Made by a program: the position numbers and the translations under genes. A stretch of DNA of 64,000 nucleotides from Octopus vulgaris. Taxonomy: Eukaryota. Location of the stretch: contig OX597822.1 in the NCBI GenBank assembly GCA_951406725.2, positions 89,156,001-89,220,000 on the forward strand. Reading direction: 5' to 3'. The notes under the pieces were generated by a model. It was not told where the DNA came from. It saw nothing but the letters and a program-made list of their open reading frames with translations, and ran no database searches. Below, piece after piece: positions 41,307 to 54,845 of the stretch; position 1 is the stretch's first letter; every line of letters begins with the position of its first letter.

Positions 41307-41520
41307 GTGTGTGTGTTTGTGTGTCTGTGTTTGTTCCCCCAACATCGCTTGACAACCGATGGTGGTGTGTTTACGTCCCCGTAACTGAGCGGTTCAGCAA
41401 AAGAGACCGATAGAATAAGTACTGGGCTTACAAAAGAATAAGTCCCGGGGTCGAGTTGCTCGATTAAAGACGATGCTCCAGCATGACCGCAGTCAAATGA
41501 CTGAAACCAGTAAAAGAGTA
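41068..41520 (+). mobile_element. SINE family A, full length
   Basis: GGCGCAGGAGTGGCTGTGTGGTAAG...GGTTCAGTCCC tRNA-like head, CCTTGGGCAAGT core, internal (AT)n, tail GACTGAAAC..GTAAAAGAGTA. Confidence 0.85.
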
Positions 41521-41530
41521 TACATATATA

Positions 41531-41597
<67 letters not shown>

Positions 41598-41599
<2 letters not shown>

Positions 41600-41882
41600 A
41601 GGCGCAATGGCCCAGTGGTTAGGACAGTGGACTTGTGGTTGTAGGATTCCCAGACCGGGCATTGTGAGTGTTTATTGAGCGAAAACACCTAAAGCTCCAC
41701 GATGCTCCGGCAGGGGATAGTGGCGATCCCTGCTGTACTCTTTCGCCACAACTTTCTCTCACTCTTTCTTCTGTTGGCCTGCTCGCTTAGCCAGCGGGGT
41801 GGGGTCATTTGAAGGCTAAAACAATGCGAAGTGCATTGTGACCAGCGATGTGTAGCAACATCTGATAGCCTGGTCGGTCACG

Positions 41883-41888
<6 letters not shown>
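41598..41888 (+). mobile_element. SINE family B
   Basis: GGCGCAATGGCCCAGTGGTTAGG tRNA-like head; ends CACGGTGATA in (AT)n. Confidence 0.8.
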
Positions 41889-41949
<61 letters not shown>

Positions 41950-42217
41950 ATATATACAAATTGAGATAGGGGTTGTAAATGCAACCCTCCATGGGATAAC
42001 ATTTATACTTACTTATATTTATATTCTCTTTTTTATATATATTCTACTTATTATACAACATTACTCTTTTATGTACACTTTTTTGTGTACACTGATTTGT
42101 TCTGCTTTTTTATGTTTAACCCTACTGTCTCTTATGTGGTGGTTTAATAAAGTATGTGATTGAGTATTATCTGATAATTGATATTTGATTTAGATGTATT
42201 TCTCCATTTTCTTATCT

Positions 42218-42267
<50 letters not shown>

Positions 42268-42268
<1 letters not shown>

Positions 42269-42608
42269 ATTTTATTTGTTTCAATCATCAGACTGCGGCC
42301 ATGCTGGAGTACTGCCTTGAAGAGTTTTAGTCTAGCAAATCGATCCCAGGGTTTATTTTTTAAGGACTACTTATTTTATCTGTCTTTTTTGTTAAACTGC
42401 TAATTTACGGAGACGTAAACACACCAACAACGGTTGTCAAGCGGTGATGGGATGACAAACAGACACAAAGACACACACACATATATACATATATATCGAC
42501 AGGCTTCTTTCAGTTGTCGTCTACCAAATCCGAAGATATAGTTGATGACATTTACTCAAAGTTCCATGCAGTGGGACTGAGCCCGGAACCATGTGGCTGT
42601 GAAGGAGC
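42268..42608 (-). mobile_element. SINE family A, diverged
   Basis: Reverse complement similarity to 41068-41520. Confidence 0.7.
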
Positions 42609-43677
42609 ATACTATTGTTAAAATTATGTAGTGCCTGTCTGATGTATGTTCGCCATGTAAAAGTAAAAGGTATTATATATCTAAATGTAAAAGTTTCGTG
42701 TTGTTGATTGTACGGAGGCAAAATTAATAAAGAAAATGTATTCCATCTAATGAAAGAGCATTCGACGAAATACTTTCTGGCATTTGAATACGCTTCTTTA
42801 TTACATTTTTCGTCCAGATCCCTCTCTTTCTCTGATACCTTTTTATCTTTTCGTAACAATCAACTTTATTCTCGAAGGCTATCATGACCACAATCCAATT
42901 TTAAAAAGATATTTTTCGTTTTTCGGCGCCAAAGAAACGAAGTTTTACTGGTTACCCATCTGTTACTGCTGCTGGTAGAGGTATCCTTTATATTCCAGCA
43001 TCTTCATATTATATTTGGAAGAACACTCTGGTTTCAGTAATTTGTTTATTCAAGCCAGCCGATAGTGTATTCTATTACACACACATCTCTGTTAGTTGTT
43101 TCGTATTTACATCAGCTTTCAGATTTCATTACTTTAAGGACTTAATGCTTTTATTTTTAATTTGGACAAAGTTTTAAAGGTAAAAATCTTTTTTTTCTTT
43201 TACTGTTTCACCCGTCTCACGTGACGGGAGTAACAGCTGAAATGTACTAGGGAAGGGCACAGTTTGAGGGAGAAACAAAAACAAAAATCAATTTTTTTTA
43301 ACAAAGATTTTTTACAGAAGGAAACAACCATCCACTTCCCTGTTCTCTTCCTTTCCTATGATGTAATGGTAGCTATTCCGAAAGTTCTCTGATCAGAGAT
43401 TACGTCCGCCTTGCGAGATGGATGTAATAGCAAAAATTGACTGAATCCTGTTGAATAACTGATTAAATTTTCAAATAATTCAAATTAAAACCAACCTACG
43501 GATAAACCGGCAAAATTATCAAATCTGTACATTACGACTTCTGGTAAAAAAATTATTTTTAAACCCCGAAAGGGGTTTAGAAATGACCTGCTACATTCAC
43601 CTAGTTTACCTAAGTGGCTAGTAAGATAAAACTTAGTGTGAATTACCGTTTTATAGTATATTTGATATAAAATAGTA

Positions 43678-43932
43678 CGCCTTAGAATTTTTGTAAATAT
43701 TCAAGGATTCCACACGTGTAGTATAAATAAAACTTTATGAGCCTAATACGCTAGGCTCCGCAAATATGTACAAAACTTTTAAAGAATGGTATTTTATTGT
43801 TTATCAAATATACCATAAAACGATACTCAAGCAAGTTTGGTCTTAGTACTCACAGATCCCTCAATTGGCTCATAAAGTTTTATCTATACTATACGTGTGG
43901 AATCCTCGAATGTTTACAAAATTTCTAAGGCG
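43678..43932. repeat. MITE-like foldback with ~66-bp inverted arms
   Basis: CGCCTTAGAATTTTTGTAAA...TTTATGAGCC (43678-43744) versus GGCTCATAAA...TTCTAAGGCG (43867-43932). Confidence 0.7.
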
Positions 43933-44781
43933 GTCCTTTCCATTTTTATACTGCAAGTCGTGCGTATATTACATCTATCTGTTTATCTGTGTGCGTATGT
44001 GCGCGCGAGCACACACACACACACATGAAGTTACTTGCAAAATTGCTGGCTTTTTACCGATATTTTTTTTTTCCATAAGAGGCAATGGTTTCTGAACAAT
44101 AACCGTCAATATTTAATCTAAAATAAGCTGCTGTTGACTGAGATGAAATTAAAGTGATTTAAGAATAAAAAAAAATTTACTGTGGAATAAAATCCTAAGT
44201 ATTTCAGTTCAGTCTCTCACGCGTCATTTTGGAAACTGGATCAAATATAAAAAGTCTGAGTAAGTCTTCAATTGTTGTCTGTATGTAACATAAGTAACGG
44301 TTTGAGATATAACAAGTTAATCATTTGTGGATATAATGAAATGAAGTGACGAAAGATAGTCTATACTTATTACTGATTTTATTTAAATGTTACGTACTTA
44401 CTCAACTCCGACGAGTTGGAAAAGAACACGAAAGTATTGTGGATGACACTTTACCTCGAAAATCTCCCGTCCACTCCATATAATTGCATGTCGGAAAGTG
44501 TATGGAAGGAAAGGTACGCGCAAAAAAAGTTGCTTGTATGTGCGCGCGTCTGCCGAGGTTACTGACCGTAGGCGGCAGAAGTAAACTCGGAAAATGACAG
44601 AAAAATCAAAGAAACTGTCTAAAAGTTGCAGATAGAACTGTTTTTTATTTATAGTTTAGTTGTCTTTTTCCGTGAATATGGACCGGTGTTAAAGCTGAAT
44701 TAGGTTACTGAAATAAGAGCTGAACGAGTTTATATAGATTCACCTCTGTATAAATCTACGAAGATGGTGAACTTGACAGGT

Positions 44782-45442
44782 TAAACACTTTCAAACTTCG
44801 TATACTTGTAGGATGTGTCACATAAAACATCTTTTACTCTTAGCGTTGTTGAGAAAATTCTGTATTTTGGAAGTTACTTTTTGTTAAAGTTGTCGTATTT
44901 CGATAATTTCAACCAATCAATGACGTGTATTCAGCTGAATAAAATTAATACCGTTGTTTGTCAACAACAACTATCAGCGGTGTATTTTTCGTTTGTCACT
45001 GTTATTTATGACATCGTTCGTGCGTTTGTACTGGTTTTAGCTTTAAGGTTTTAGGGTTAGAGTTACATGAAAAATGAAGCACGAACGATTATGGTGGTGC
45101 CATGAAGTAAACATGCTTCAGATACACTCGTTTATTCATACAAACGTAACTGAGATTAAATGTGTCATAAATAACAGTGACAAACGAAATATACACCGCC
45201 GGAAGTTGTTGTTGACAAACAACAGCAGTAATTTTATTCAGCTGAATACACGTCATTGACTGGCTGAAATTACCGAAATACGACAACTTTAACAAAAAAT
45301 AACTTCCAAAATACAGAATTTTCTCAACAACGCTAAGAGTAAAAGATGTTTTATGTGACACATTCTACCAGTATACGAAGTTTGAAAGTGTTTAGTTACA
45401 AAAAATTATTTTAAAAATCTGTCGGTCAAAAGGCAAAGATCC
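44782..45442. mobile_element. Non-autonomous DNA element with ~230-bp inverted arms and TTAGGG-like centre
   Basis: 44782-45013 inverted versus 45163-45394; further half copy at 54502-54845. Confidence 0.75.
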
Positions 45443-45639
45443 GTATACAATCTCAAAACAATGGAAACGAATGTGAAACCAGGGGTTTTGATTCCTGATC
45501 TGAATCCGATGTATATCTTCTACGTGTACATAGTTTTTCTTAGCCCCAAGTGAGCCCTTCTTAAACGACCCGTAATCAAAAGGATTCCAACTGAGACTAT
45601 CCCGTCTTTTCAGTGACACCTAGCATTGTCTTTTGTGTA

Positions 45640-47335
45640 AGGGTGTGATTTGAGGACTATTTGGTTGCTAACCTTACAGATATGTTTCGATGAAACAGCT
45701 AAGTTGTTATCGAAAATTTTCAGTGAAAGAAATTCACTGTTCAATACTCGTTGGCAATGCTTAAATTTAGTTTTAAAAAATGAAGATTTCGTCACTTATG
45801 CTGAGGTCGTTAACAAAGAATGTGAAAAATTCAAATTAAATGAATTAACCCCGGATTTGTTCAAATGTCTAATTTTTGTTCAAGAGTCAACAGTCAGAAA
45901 AGATGCTGATATACGTTCCCGTATGTTAACAAAATTAGAACAGGACCAAAAATTAACTCTACAGGCAGTGGCTGAAGAATGCCAGAGGATTATAAATTTA
46001 AGATATGATGCGGATAAAAATGAAGAAAAAGATTGCTCTCAGATACAATGTGTGTCGACCTGAAACGGATAAGAAAAAAGAAAAAACGAACGTCAAGACC
46101 AAATCTATGCTATGGTTGCGGAGATTTACATTTTAAAAGTAATTGTCCTTTTAAAAACCGTAAATGTTTTGATTGTGGAAAAATCGGACATAAAAGCTCA
46201 CATTGTATAGCGAAATAAAAAAATGGGTCAAATTAAAAATATTCTAGGAAGATTATATTGTTAAAAAAAAACGAATTCTAAATGAGGCTCAGAAAAGAAA
46301 ATTTGTGTCCATAAAAATGAATAATGTGAATATCAAGTTACAATTGGATACGAGCAGTGATATCACGATAATTAATACAGATACATGGAAAAAGATAGGG
46401 AAACCTAGGTTAAAGAAAACTTCGAAAATTGCGTGAGGTGTTTCAGAAAAAAAAAAAAATGCATTTTATGGGCGAAATGATAAGTGTTACATTTCGTGGA
46501 AAAACCTTGAAAGCCAAAGCTTTTGTGTTGAAAAATACAACAAATTTATTTGGAACAGACTGGATGGAACTATTTCACTTATGAGACCTCCCTATAAATA
46601 TATATTTTTTTAAATGTGAATGGTTTTTCCGCTATTACAAATAAGGCGTCGGAAGATTTTAAAAAAGAAAATTTTTTTTCTTGAAGCTTTTTCTGGGGAA
46701 TTGGGTCTTTGCGAAGTTTTAAGTGAAAGAAAACGTTGTACAGGTTTTTAAACCAAAATGAATGGTATCTTTCGAAGCGTTGAAACAAGTCAACGAAGAA
46801 TTGGATAGACTAGAAGAGCTTGGCGTTATTGATAAAATTGATTACTCAAAATGGGCGTCCCCAGCAGTTTATGTAAAGAAAAAAAAAAAACACTAATAAA
46901 ATCCGAGTATGTACTGATTTCTCAACGGGATTAAACGGATGTTTGATGCCATATAATTACCCGTTACCAAGTCCGGAAGAAGTTTTCGCGAAGTTGAATG
47001 AAGGTAATTTTTTTTCAAATTTGGACCTATCTGAAGCATATTTGCGGGTAGAAGTCGATGAGGAATGTTCAAAATTATTGACAATAAATACCCGTAAAGG
47101 ATTGGATAAATTTAATCGACTCCCCTTTGGTATAAATGTAGCACCTGCTATTTTCCAACGAGTTAGGGACATTATGCTCGCAGGTTCGGATTTCGCTGTA
47201 GCTTACCTTGACGACATACTCATAAAAAGTGAATCTCGAGGTCAGCATGCTGAGCATGTTAAAAAGGTCTTTGAAATAATAAAAGAGTATTGTTTTAAGC
47301 TCAGCGAGGAAAAGTGTGAACTTTTTATGCCAAGA
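45640..47335 (+). mobile_element. Decayed Ty3/Gypsy (Mag-like) gag-protease-RT, 3'-truncated
   Basis: Two knuckles CYGCGDLHFKSNC and CFDCGKIGHKSSHC; LDTSSD protease; YPLPSPEEVF, NRLPFGI, AYLDDILI. Confidence 0.9.
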
Positions 47336-48240
47336 TTTGGGGGTCTTGATTTTCGTAAGAGCTCGTCTCTATCTCTTCTTTGTTTTCTTTCTTTCATCCA
47401 CGCTCGCTCCTCTTTGGTAGGCAACATCCTCTCCTTCCCAACATGGACTAATTTCAACAGGGAAATGAATGAAGCCCAGCTACTATGGAGAGAGCCGAGT
47501 TTGTCAACTGAGTATAGGTGGAAGCAGAGAGTATGGGGCAATGTGCGCTCAAGTGCCACTTCCAACTCTCTCTTTGATCAATCTGACCAATTTTCAAGAT
47601 GTTGCCTACTTTCCGCAAGTGCTAAATTCTCTGGGGACAGGATTGATGCCCTACCATTGGCCAACTTTGGTGGTCTACTCAGTCTAGATGAGATCCGCAT
47701 CTCCATTGCACTCAGAGTAGGAACCGACATCTGTGGAGGACTGAGATGTCATGGTAGGCCTATCAACTTCACAGGCCTTCACTGTTTGTCTTGCCACCTA
47801 AATACAGATCGTTTCGCTCATCCCACCAAGGTAAACCTAATCGTTAATCGGGCCCAGGCTCGGGTTAATATCCCCACCCAAGTTCTGGAGCCGGCAGGGT
47901 TAGGAAGAGACCAGATGGTTTTATTCTTTGTCCCTGAGATAGATGTCTCATCTGGGACCCCTCAGTCTGTGACTCCTTTGCTCCTTCCTACATCCTGGAT
48001 GCTGCGGTAAATAGGAGGGTCACTGCTTGGTAGCCGAACTGAACAAAATCTTTAAGTATCGGGACTTGTTGGTGAACTAATTCTTCCAGCCAGTGGAGTT
48101 TGAGACGTTTGGAGGGGCTGGGCTGCTAAGTTCTTGTCATCGTTGGTGGTTCGCTTTAGCGAGTTGTCAGGTGATGCCCGTGAGGGTGTTCAGCTGCTAC
48201 AACGCCTTAGCCTTACATCGCACGTGGTAATACCGCGAGC
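47336..48240 (+). mobile_element. CRE-like non-LTR retrotransposon 3' fragment
   Basis: SGDRIDALP...IRISIALRVGTDIC...GLHCLSC...VNLIVNRA...LEPAGLGR, then FFQPVEFETFGG-type RLE tail. Confidence 0.65.
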
Positions 48241-49699
48241 GTGTTGGGCTTGGTTCAGTAGGTTCCATTGAACCTTGTGGTGTGCGACCAATTGAGGCTC
48301 TTTGTATAGAAATGATGTGCTTTCTTTTTCTTTTTTTTCTGTTTTCTTTCTTCCTCTTCCCCCAACCTCCAGTCTTGGATTTGTATTTTTAATGTGGTTT
48401 TGTATTATATATGTACCATATACATAAGTGTTATATTCCAATAAAAGAATACCTTCATCCTTAACTTGTAGTACCTCCGGAAAAGAACGTTCAGCACATC
48501 CTCATCAACGTCATGGATTCTTGAGTGAGACTGGCCAATTTGACTGTCTTCCCATTCATAGTTTTTATCTTGGACTGAAGTAAACATTATTTTAGGATTG
48601 TAGCATGCATTAAAATAAGACAAATCTAGCATGTTCGAATAACCTTTATACGAGATAATCCAATCTCGGGGATTTACCTTTTCTGTTGCTGGACAGTACC
48701 TTTCGTATGTCAGATGCAATTTTCAACTCTTCACACAACGTCACCCGTTTCTTTAAGAGTTATGGGAAACCGTCGAAGTACGCCCAAGAGTTCATCACCT
48801 ACACTTTTTTCCCTCCTCAACAAGTTCGACAAAGTGTTGTTAAAAAATTGCATAAATTAGTTTTCAATGAGATACTATATATTCATTGCACTTCATCATA
48901 GGCCATTTTGAGAATTTGCTACTACGTCACACCTACGCAATCCTGACCTACTGAATGACTTTCGTACTCTGTCTTGGATAATACAGCCTTTGTTTTCAGC
49001 TTTCAAGAAATGGTAAATGGCCATTTTTGACACGAGTACGTGAAGTTAAGTGTATGTTTATTAAATGTATACATACATAAATATGTACGCGCGCGCGCGC
49101 GTGTGTGCAAACCTGCGTAGTAGGAATATAGAAATACAAACAGTAAATTTAACTATTTCTCCGTACATTGAAAAAATGACGAACAGCCTTAACCGATTTT
49201 CAAACCTTGTTGGGTTTTCATTGGAGGTCAGACGACCAATCCCTTGCTTCCCAACCACATGGTTGCGGAAGGTAGGCGAAATGTACGTGTGCGATAGAAA
49301 TGGCACAGAAGAATGAAACACAGCAAAACAGTTGTATGAGCAATGCAAGAGTACAAACTTGGAGGAAACATGCAGAAAAAATGTTTGTTCTTGTAGAGAA
49401 CAAAATGTGCGGTACACAGAATCCGAACTATGGCAGAACAATTGAAAAATACAATGCAAATATGTACAAGAAACGTTCAGCAAAGAAAGGTGTCCAATCA
49501 AACAGAACAGAGTATGATACAAAAATCTTGTTGAAAGATGTGTGTATGCTGCGTATGTACATATATATATAGTGTTTCTTTGTAAGTAAACATGTGAAAA
49601 TGCACAATGATACAGAAAGAGAAGAAATATGAGTGCGGTGTGTATAACAAACATAAGTCTATTCTCTGGAACAGTCACTGGTAAGGCAAAGTTAAGAAA

Positions 49700-52600
49700 T
49701 GTAGTCTGAGACAATTTCTTCGGCCAATGAACCGATCTGCCAGAACGTGTCCTGTAGGGTGAAGAATTCGTTTGTGTAGTTTGTGTTTTGGTGAGTGGAG
49801 GTGGTGCTTGTGGTGGTGGTGGGGAGATGGGAGGTGGTAGTGTTTGTGGAATGATGGGTGTGTCAGCAAGTGGCATAAATGTTTTGGAAAAGGCTTTATT
49901 TTAACTCTGTCGATAGAAACAGACTCTTTTTTCCTCCGTGAATGTCCGCAGTAAACAGTTTCAGTGTGCTCCTAAGAACACGATGGGACCAGAGTAGGGA
50001 GGTGTGAGTGGTCCCTTGGCGGCATCCCTTCTTACAAACACGTGAGTCCAAGTAGAAATATCCGGAGGTACTGCAGAAAAAAACAGACTGGTCGCGAGGA
50101 AGCATTGGTGGCAGGTCAGCAAAGAATGACCTGAGTTTCGTGACATAAGATGCAGGATCCGCATTCGGTAAATCGACGGGTGCCAACATTTGACCAGGAG
50201 GTGCCGAAGTGGTGCCATACAAGAGTTCAGCGGAGGAGCAACCTAAATCCTCCTTAACAGCTGAGCGGCACCTCAACAGAACTATGGGGAGAAACTCGGA
50301 CCAACGATGAGGATAAGGAGCAGCAAGAATAGCGGCTTTAAGCTGGCGTTGGAACCGTTCCACAATCCCGTTTGGGGCGGGATGGTAACTTATGGTGTGG
50401 ATGTGCTGAATTCCGAGCAATCTCGAAAGCTCACGAAACAGACAAGCTTCAAATTGGCATCCAAGGTCGGTGGTAATTCTGGAGGGTACTCCAAAGCGAA
50501 CTATCCACCCAGAGATGAGGGTTCTGGCGACCGATTCCGCGGAAATGTCCACAAGAGAGATGGCTTCAGGCCATCTGTAGAATCGGTCGATGCAGGTCAG
50601 GATATAAGTAAATCCGCAACTGACTGGCCAAGGACCAACCAGGTCGATGTGTATGTGACGGAACTTGGTGTCCGGTGGCTGAAAGTGCCCAGGGGTTGCT
50701 CGCACGCGACGATGTACCTTGGAACACTGACATGGTAGACAGGCACGTGACCAAGCAGTAATAGGCCGACGCATATTCGGCCAGAAAAAGCAGGCGGAGA
50801 TAAGCTTTACTGTGGCTGCAATGCCGGGGTGTGACAGTGAATGCAGTGCTTCAAAAACAGCCCGACAGTGATGTTCAAGAACGAGGCGTCGGAGTGACCC
50901 GGTAGAAACATCGCATAGAATGGTTCCTTCAGAAAAAAGCAGAGGCAGATGTTCAAACTCGCAGCAGAAAACTGTGGTGAAGAGACGTCCAAAGAGTCCA
51001 AGGAAGGTTGGTCAGTATCCCTAGCAACAATAATCAATCGAAGCAGGAGACGACAATGCCCCGATAGGCAGGCGAGATAAGGCGTCGGCGGGGATGTCGT
51101 CAGTGCCAGCGATGTGGCGAATGTCACTAGTGAACTGTGATATGTAGTCCAAGTGCCTTGTTTCTCTGGGCGAGTACCGGTCCGTTTGGCAAAGAGAGCG
51201 AACGTTAGCGATTTATGGTCGGTGAAAATTGTGAAATCTCTACCTTCGAGAAAGTGAGAGAAATACTTCACTGCAAGATAAATCACTGAGAGTTCCTTAC
51301 CAAACATACTGTACCTCAATTCAGCAGCTTTCAAATGGCGAGAAAAGAAAGCCAGTGGCTGGGTCTGGCCGTTGACAGATTGCTGTACAACTGCGCTAGT
51401 GGCCAAAGCAGACGCGTCTATAGTAAGAGACAATTTTGCATCAGCAACAGGATGAGTAAGGAAGGATGCTTAAACAAGCTCGGCTGTAGGAGGCAGCATT
51501 ATCGGGGTGTCTTTCTTGAGTTGATGTTTCAAAAGCTGGGTCAAGGGAAGCAACTTCTCCGCTTAGTTAGGAAAGAAGCGACGGTAATAATTAATTAAAC
51601 CGACAAAATTTCTGAACTGTTTTAAAGAAACAGGAAGAGACAAGTGTTTGATGGTTTCCACTTTAGAGGGAAGTGGACAAATACCGTCGGCGTCAATAAG
51701 ATGCCCCAAGAATTCCAAGCTGGTAGAATCAAATACACACTTAGCCGGATTGATCTTCACATCATAGGAACGCAGATACTTGAACAGTTGGGTTAAGTGT
51801 TGGTCCGGAGTACTACTGGCGATTAGAAGGTCATCGACGTATGCGAAGACAAAGTCTAACCCACGAACGACCTCATCAATGAACCTTTAGAACGTGCTGG
51901 CCGCATTACGAAGACCAAACGGCATAGACAGGAACTCAAACGCTCCAAAAGGTGTGGTGACGGCTGTCTTTGGAATGTCGTTGGGTTGACAGGGATTTGA
52001 TGGTACGCGCGTATGCAAGACAGACGAGAAATCCTGCACATTTGGTAGCGAATAGCGATCTGGAATAGCGACAGTATTAAGGTATCTACAATCTCCAACT
52101 GGTCGAAAATCAGCTTCATTCTTCCTGGCCATGTATAAAGGTGCTGCCCACGGGCTCGTGGAGGGACAAACAAGGACCTGTTGGAGCATGTACTCGAATT
52201 CAATCCGGGCAATCCGGAGTTTCTCTGGAGACAAACGGCGCGGTCGGTAAAAAGACATGAGGTCCCTTAGTCATGATGAAATGACTCGTGGAATGGGCTG
52301 GATTCGACGGATGAAATGACAAATCAGTCAACTCTGGAAATGAAGCGAGTAACTGGTGGTGGAAGTCAACCGAAGCAGCCACAAAGAAAGAAGAATCCTT
52401 TCTGGATACAGTGAGTGAGGTAGTATCATCAAGAAACCGGCGTCCACTAAGTCCACAAGGAGAGAATAGTGATGTAAGAAGTCAGCTCCTAGGATGGAGT
52501 AGGACAAGTCTGCAATGACGAAGATCCACTTAAAATTCCTACGGAGTGACAAATCCAGTGTAAAAGGGATATTTGTCCGTAAGTTTTAATAGACCAGAAC
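49700..52600 (-). mobile_element. Decayed Ty3/Gypsy pol (CsRn1-like)
   Basis: ILGADFLHHY, TTPFGAFEFLSMPFGLRNAASTF, FAYVDD, IDASALA...IFTDHK, integrase HIDLVGP...ITTDLGCQF...NGIVERF. Confidence 0.9.
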
Positions 52601-52774
52601 GAGAAGAAAATAGTGAACGCTGGGAGAACCATTTTTTTTTTTTTTGAAAAGAGAAAAGATAGAAGAGAGAAATAAAAATACGTTCGCTCTTTTGAACGTC
52701 CGTGCAGGAAAAAAAATGGACAATGGTCACGTGTGAGCAACGAAAGAGAGAACGGTGAAGGAGGGGTGTGGGTG

Positions 52775-52832
<58 letters not shown>

Positions 52833-53299
52833 CATACATACATACATACATACATACATACATACATACATACATACATACATACATACATAGTGCGAAA
52901 CTAATGGGTAAAATCGGTCATAATGGATATATAATACTGTACACTTCGATTGATATATATTCCACTATTATTTTGAAGATTGTATGATGTAATTGTATAT
53001 TTTTCTGAAATATTTGATTCTTGAGATGTAATAATCCACAGTGACAGTATTGAAGGAGAACCTACCTACGTACCTGTCTGTCTGAAAATTTGGAAAATAT
53101 GTCATGAAACAATGAAAAGTTCATAGAAAATGCACAAGTCTGCCATTCTTTTCCCTTTTTCTGAAGAATTATAAAAAAGGAAACATTTTTTATGTGTGCT
53201 TTTGTGTTTGTTATAAAAAAAAAGTGCGAGTGTACCTAGCCGGGCAATGAAGTCTTCTTCCACTTTTGTTTGCCCAGTCAGTATGAAATGCAATGTTGT

Positions 53300-53975
53300 T
53301 GGCTAATGCCTTATGTTTATGTGTGGATTGTTTGGGTCTGGCAAAAGAGGAAGGAGAGTGTTGTGGTAAGGGAATAGATTCAACAAAGGCCTGCTTAAAT
53401 CGATCAACACCGACAGTCTCTTGTCTCCTGTGAATGTTCAGAACTATATACATTTTGGTTTAGCTTTTAACACACGGTACGGGCCGGAATAAAGTGCCTG
53501 CAAGGGTACTTCCCTGCATCGTTGCGTACAAATTCGTAGGTCCAGGTGGACCTACGTATTGGGTGGAACAAAAGTTAATCGATTGCGGTCTCTCTTTATT
53601 AACGCAGGTAACATTACCATGTACTTTCACAGCGGATGAATATAGTTGGTAGGATCATGTTGTTCAATAGCTGTTGCCAATATCATTTGACTAGACAGTG
53701 TAAGTACCGAACCATACAGTAATTCTGCCGGGGAGTAACCTCGGTCTTCCTTAACAGCAGTACGTAGACCTAGTAACACATTCGTAGGGCTTCTTACCAT
53801 CTATCCGAATCGGAACGTGTCATAAAGCTGGTTTGAGTTGTCGATAAAAATGTTCTATCATTCCGTAAGATATGGGGTGGTATGTTTTCGACGGGTACCT
53901 GGCAGGTTCAAGATAGGTCGGCAAAATGAGTGGAATCAATCTGACGCATCCTGTCGGCCGTTATCGTCGTAGTAG
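53300..53975 (-). mobile_element. Gypsy integrase C-terminal fragment, decayed
   Basis: TAVKEDRGYSPAELLYGS and ALYSGPYRVLK...VGVDRFKQAF in shifted frames. Confidence 0.7.
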
Positions 53976-54501
53976 TGCACCAGAAGACATATTTTCAAGG
54001 CGTAAATAAATCGATTTATAGCTGTGCAACCCCCCCCCCAAAAAAAAACGAAGAGCAAAGCAAAAGAAAAAGGAAATACTTACACTATACTTTGAATTCT
54101 TTATGAATATGTCAAAAACAGTACATAGCACTAGAAATTTAAAAACTGTATCACCACAGATATAGTTCGAGTTTCTCTTATAAGCCGACATAACACGAAA
54201 AAGAAATAAAGCCATACATAGAAAGTTTGGAGTGAAAGAAGAAACAAACACAGGCATCGGAAGAGAAAGTGAAAAACAACAAAAAAAAAAAGAGTTGCAT
54301 CTGAAAAGAAGTGGGTAAATTCATCTGGTTTCACGTTCAAGTTGGAGCAATTTGATTTCATGTGCGTTTCCAACAAGATATGAATATCATATTATATTTC
54401 CTGTTTCCTAAATAAACTATAGCGCTTGACACATATACACAGATTACAAATGAAGAAATATCTTAAAAAGATAAAAATCAGCCATAATTTTTAAAAAAAG
54501 G

Positions 54502-54845
54502 GGATCTTTACCTTTAGACCTACAGATTTTAAAAAATAATTTTTTGTAACTAAACACTTCCAAACTTCGGACACTGGAAGAATGTGTCATATAAAATATC
54601 TTTTATTCCTAGCATTTTTGAGAAAAACTTATATTTACGAAGTTATTTCACATTAAAGTTCTCGTATTTCGGTAATTTCAACCAATCAATGACGTGTATT
54701 CAGCTGAATAAAATTACTGCCGTTGTTTGTCAACAACAACTATCGGCGGTGTATTTTTCGTTTGTCACTATTAGTTATGACATCGTTTGTGCGTTTGTAC
54801 TGGTTTTAAGGTTTTAGGGTCAAGGTTAGGGTTTTAGGGTTAGGA
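54502..54845 (+). mobile_element. Left half of the 44782-45442 element, ending in TTAGGG-like repeats
   Basis: Terminus GGATCTTTACCTTT is the reverse complement of AAAGGCAAAGATCC (45429-45442) with one mismatch. Confidence 0.75.

Noticed and set aside
49061-49876. 271-aa minus-strand ORF
   Set aside because: Gypsy integrase Pro-rich tail reading into low-complexity UTR/LTR-like sequence; no independent gene evidence.
54802-54844. True telomere or fusion scar
   Set aside because: Short, degenerate and part of a dispersed element also seen at ~45050.
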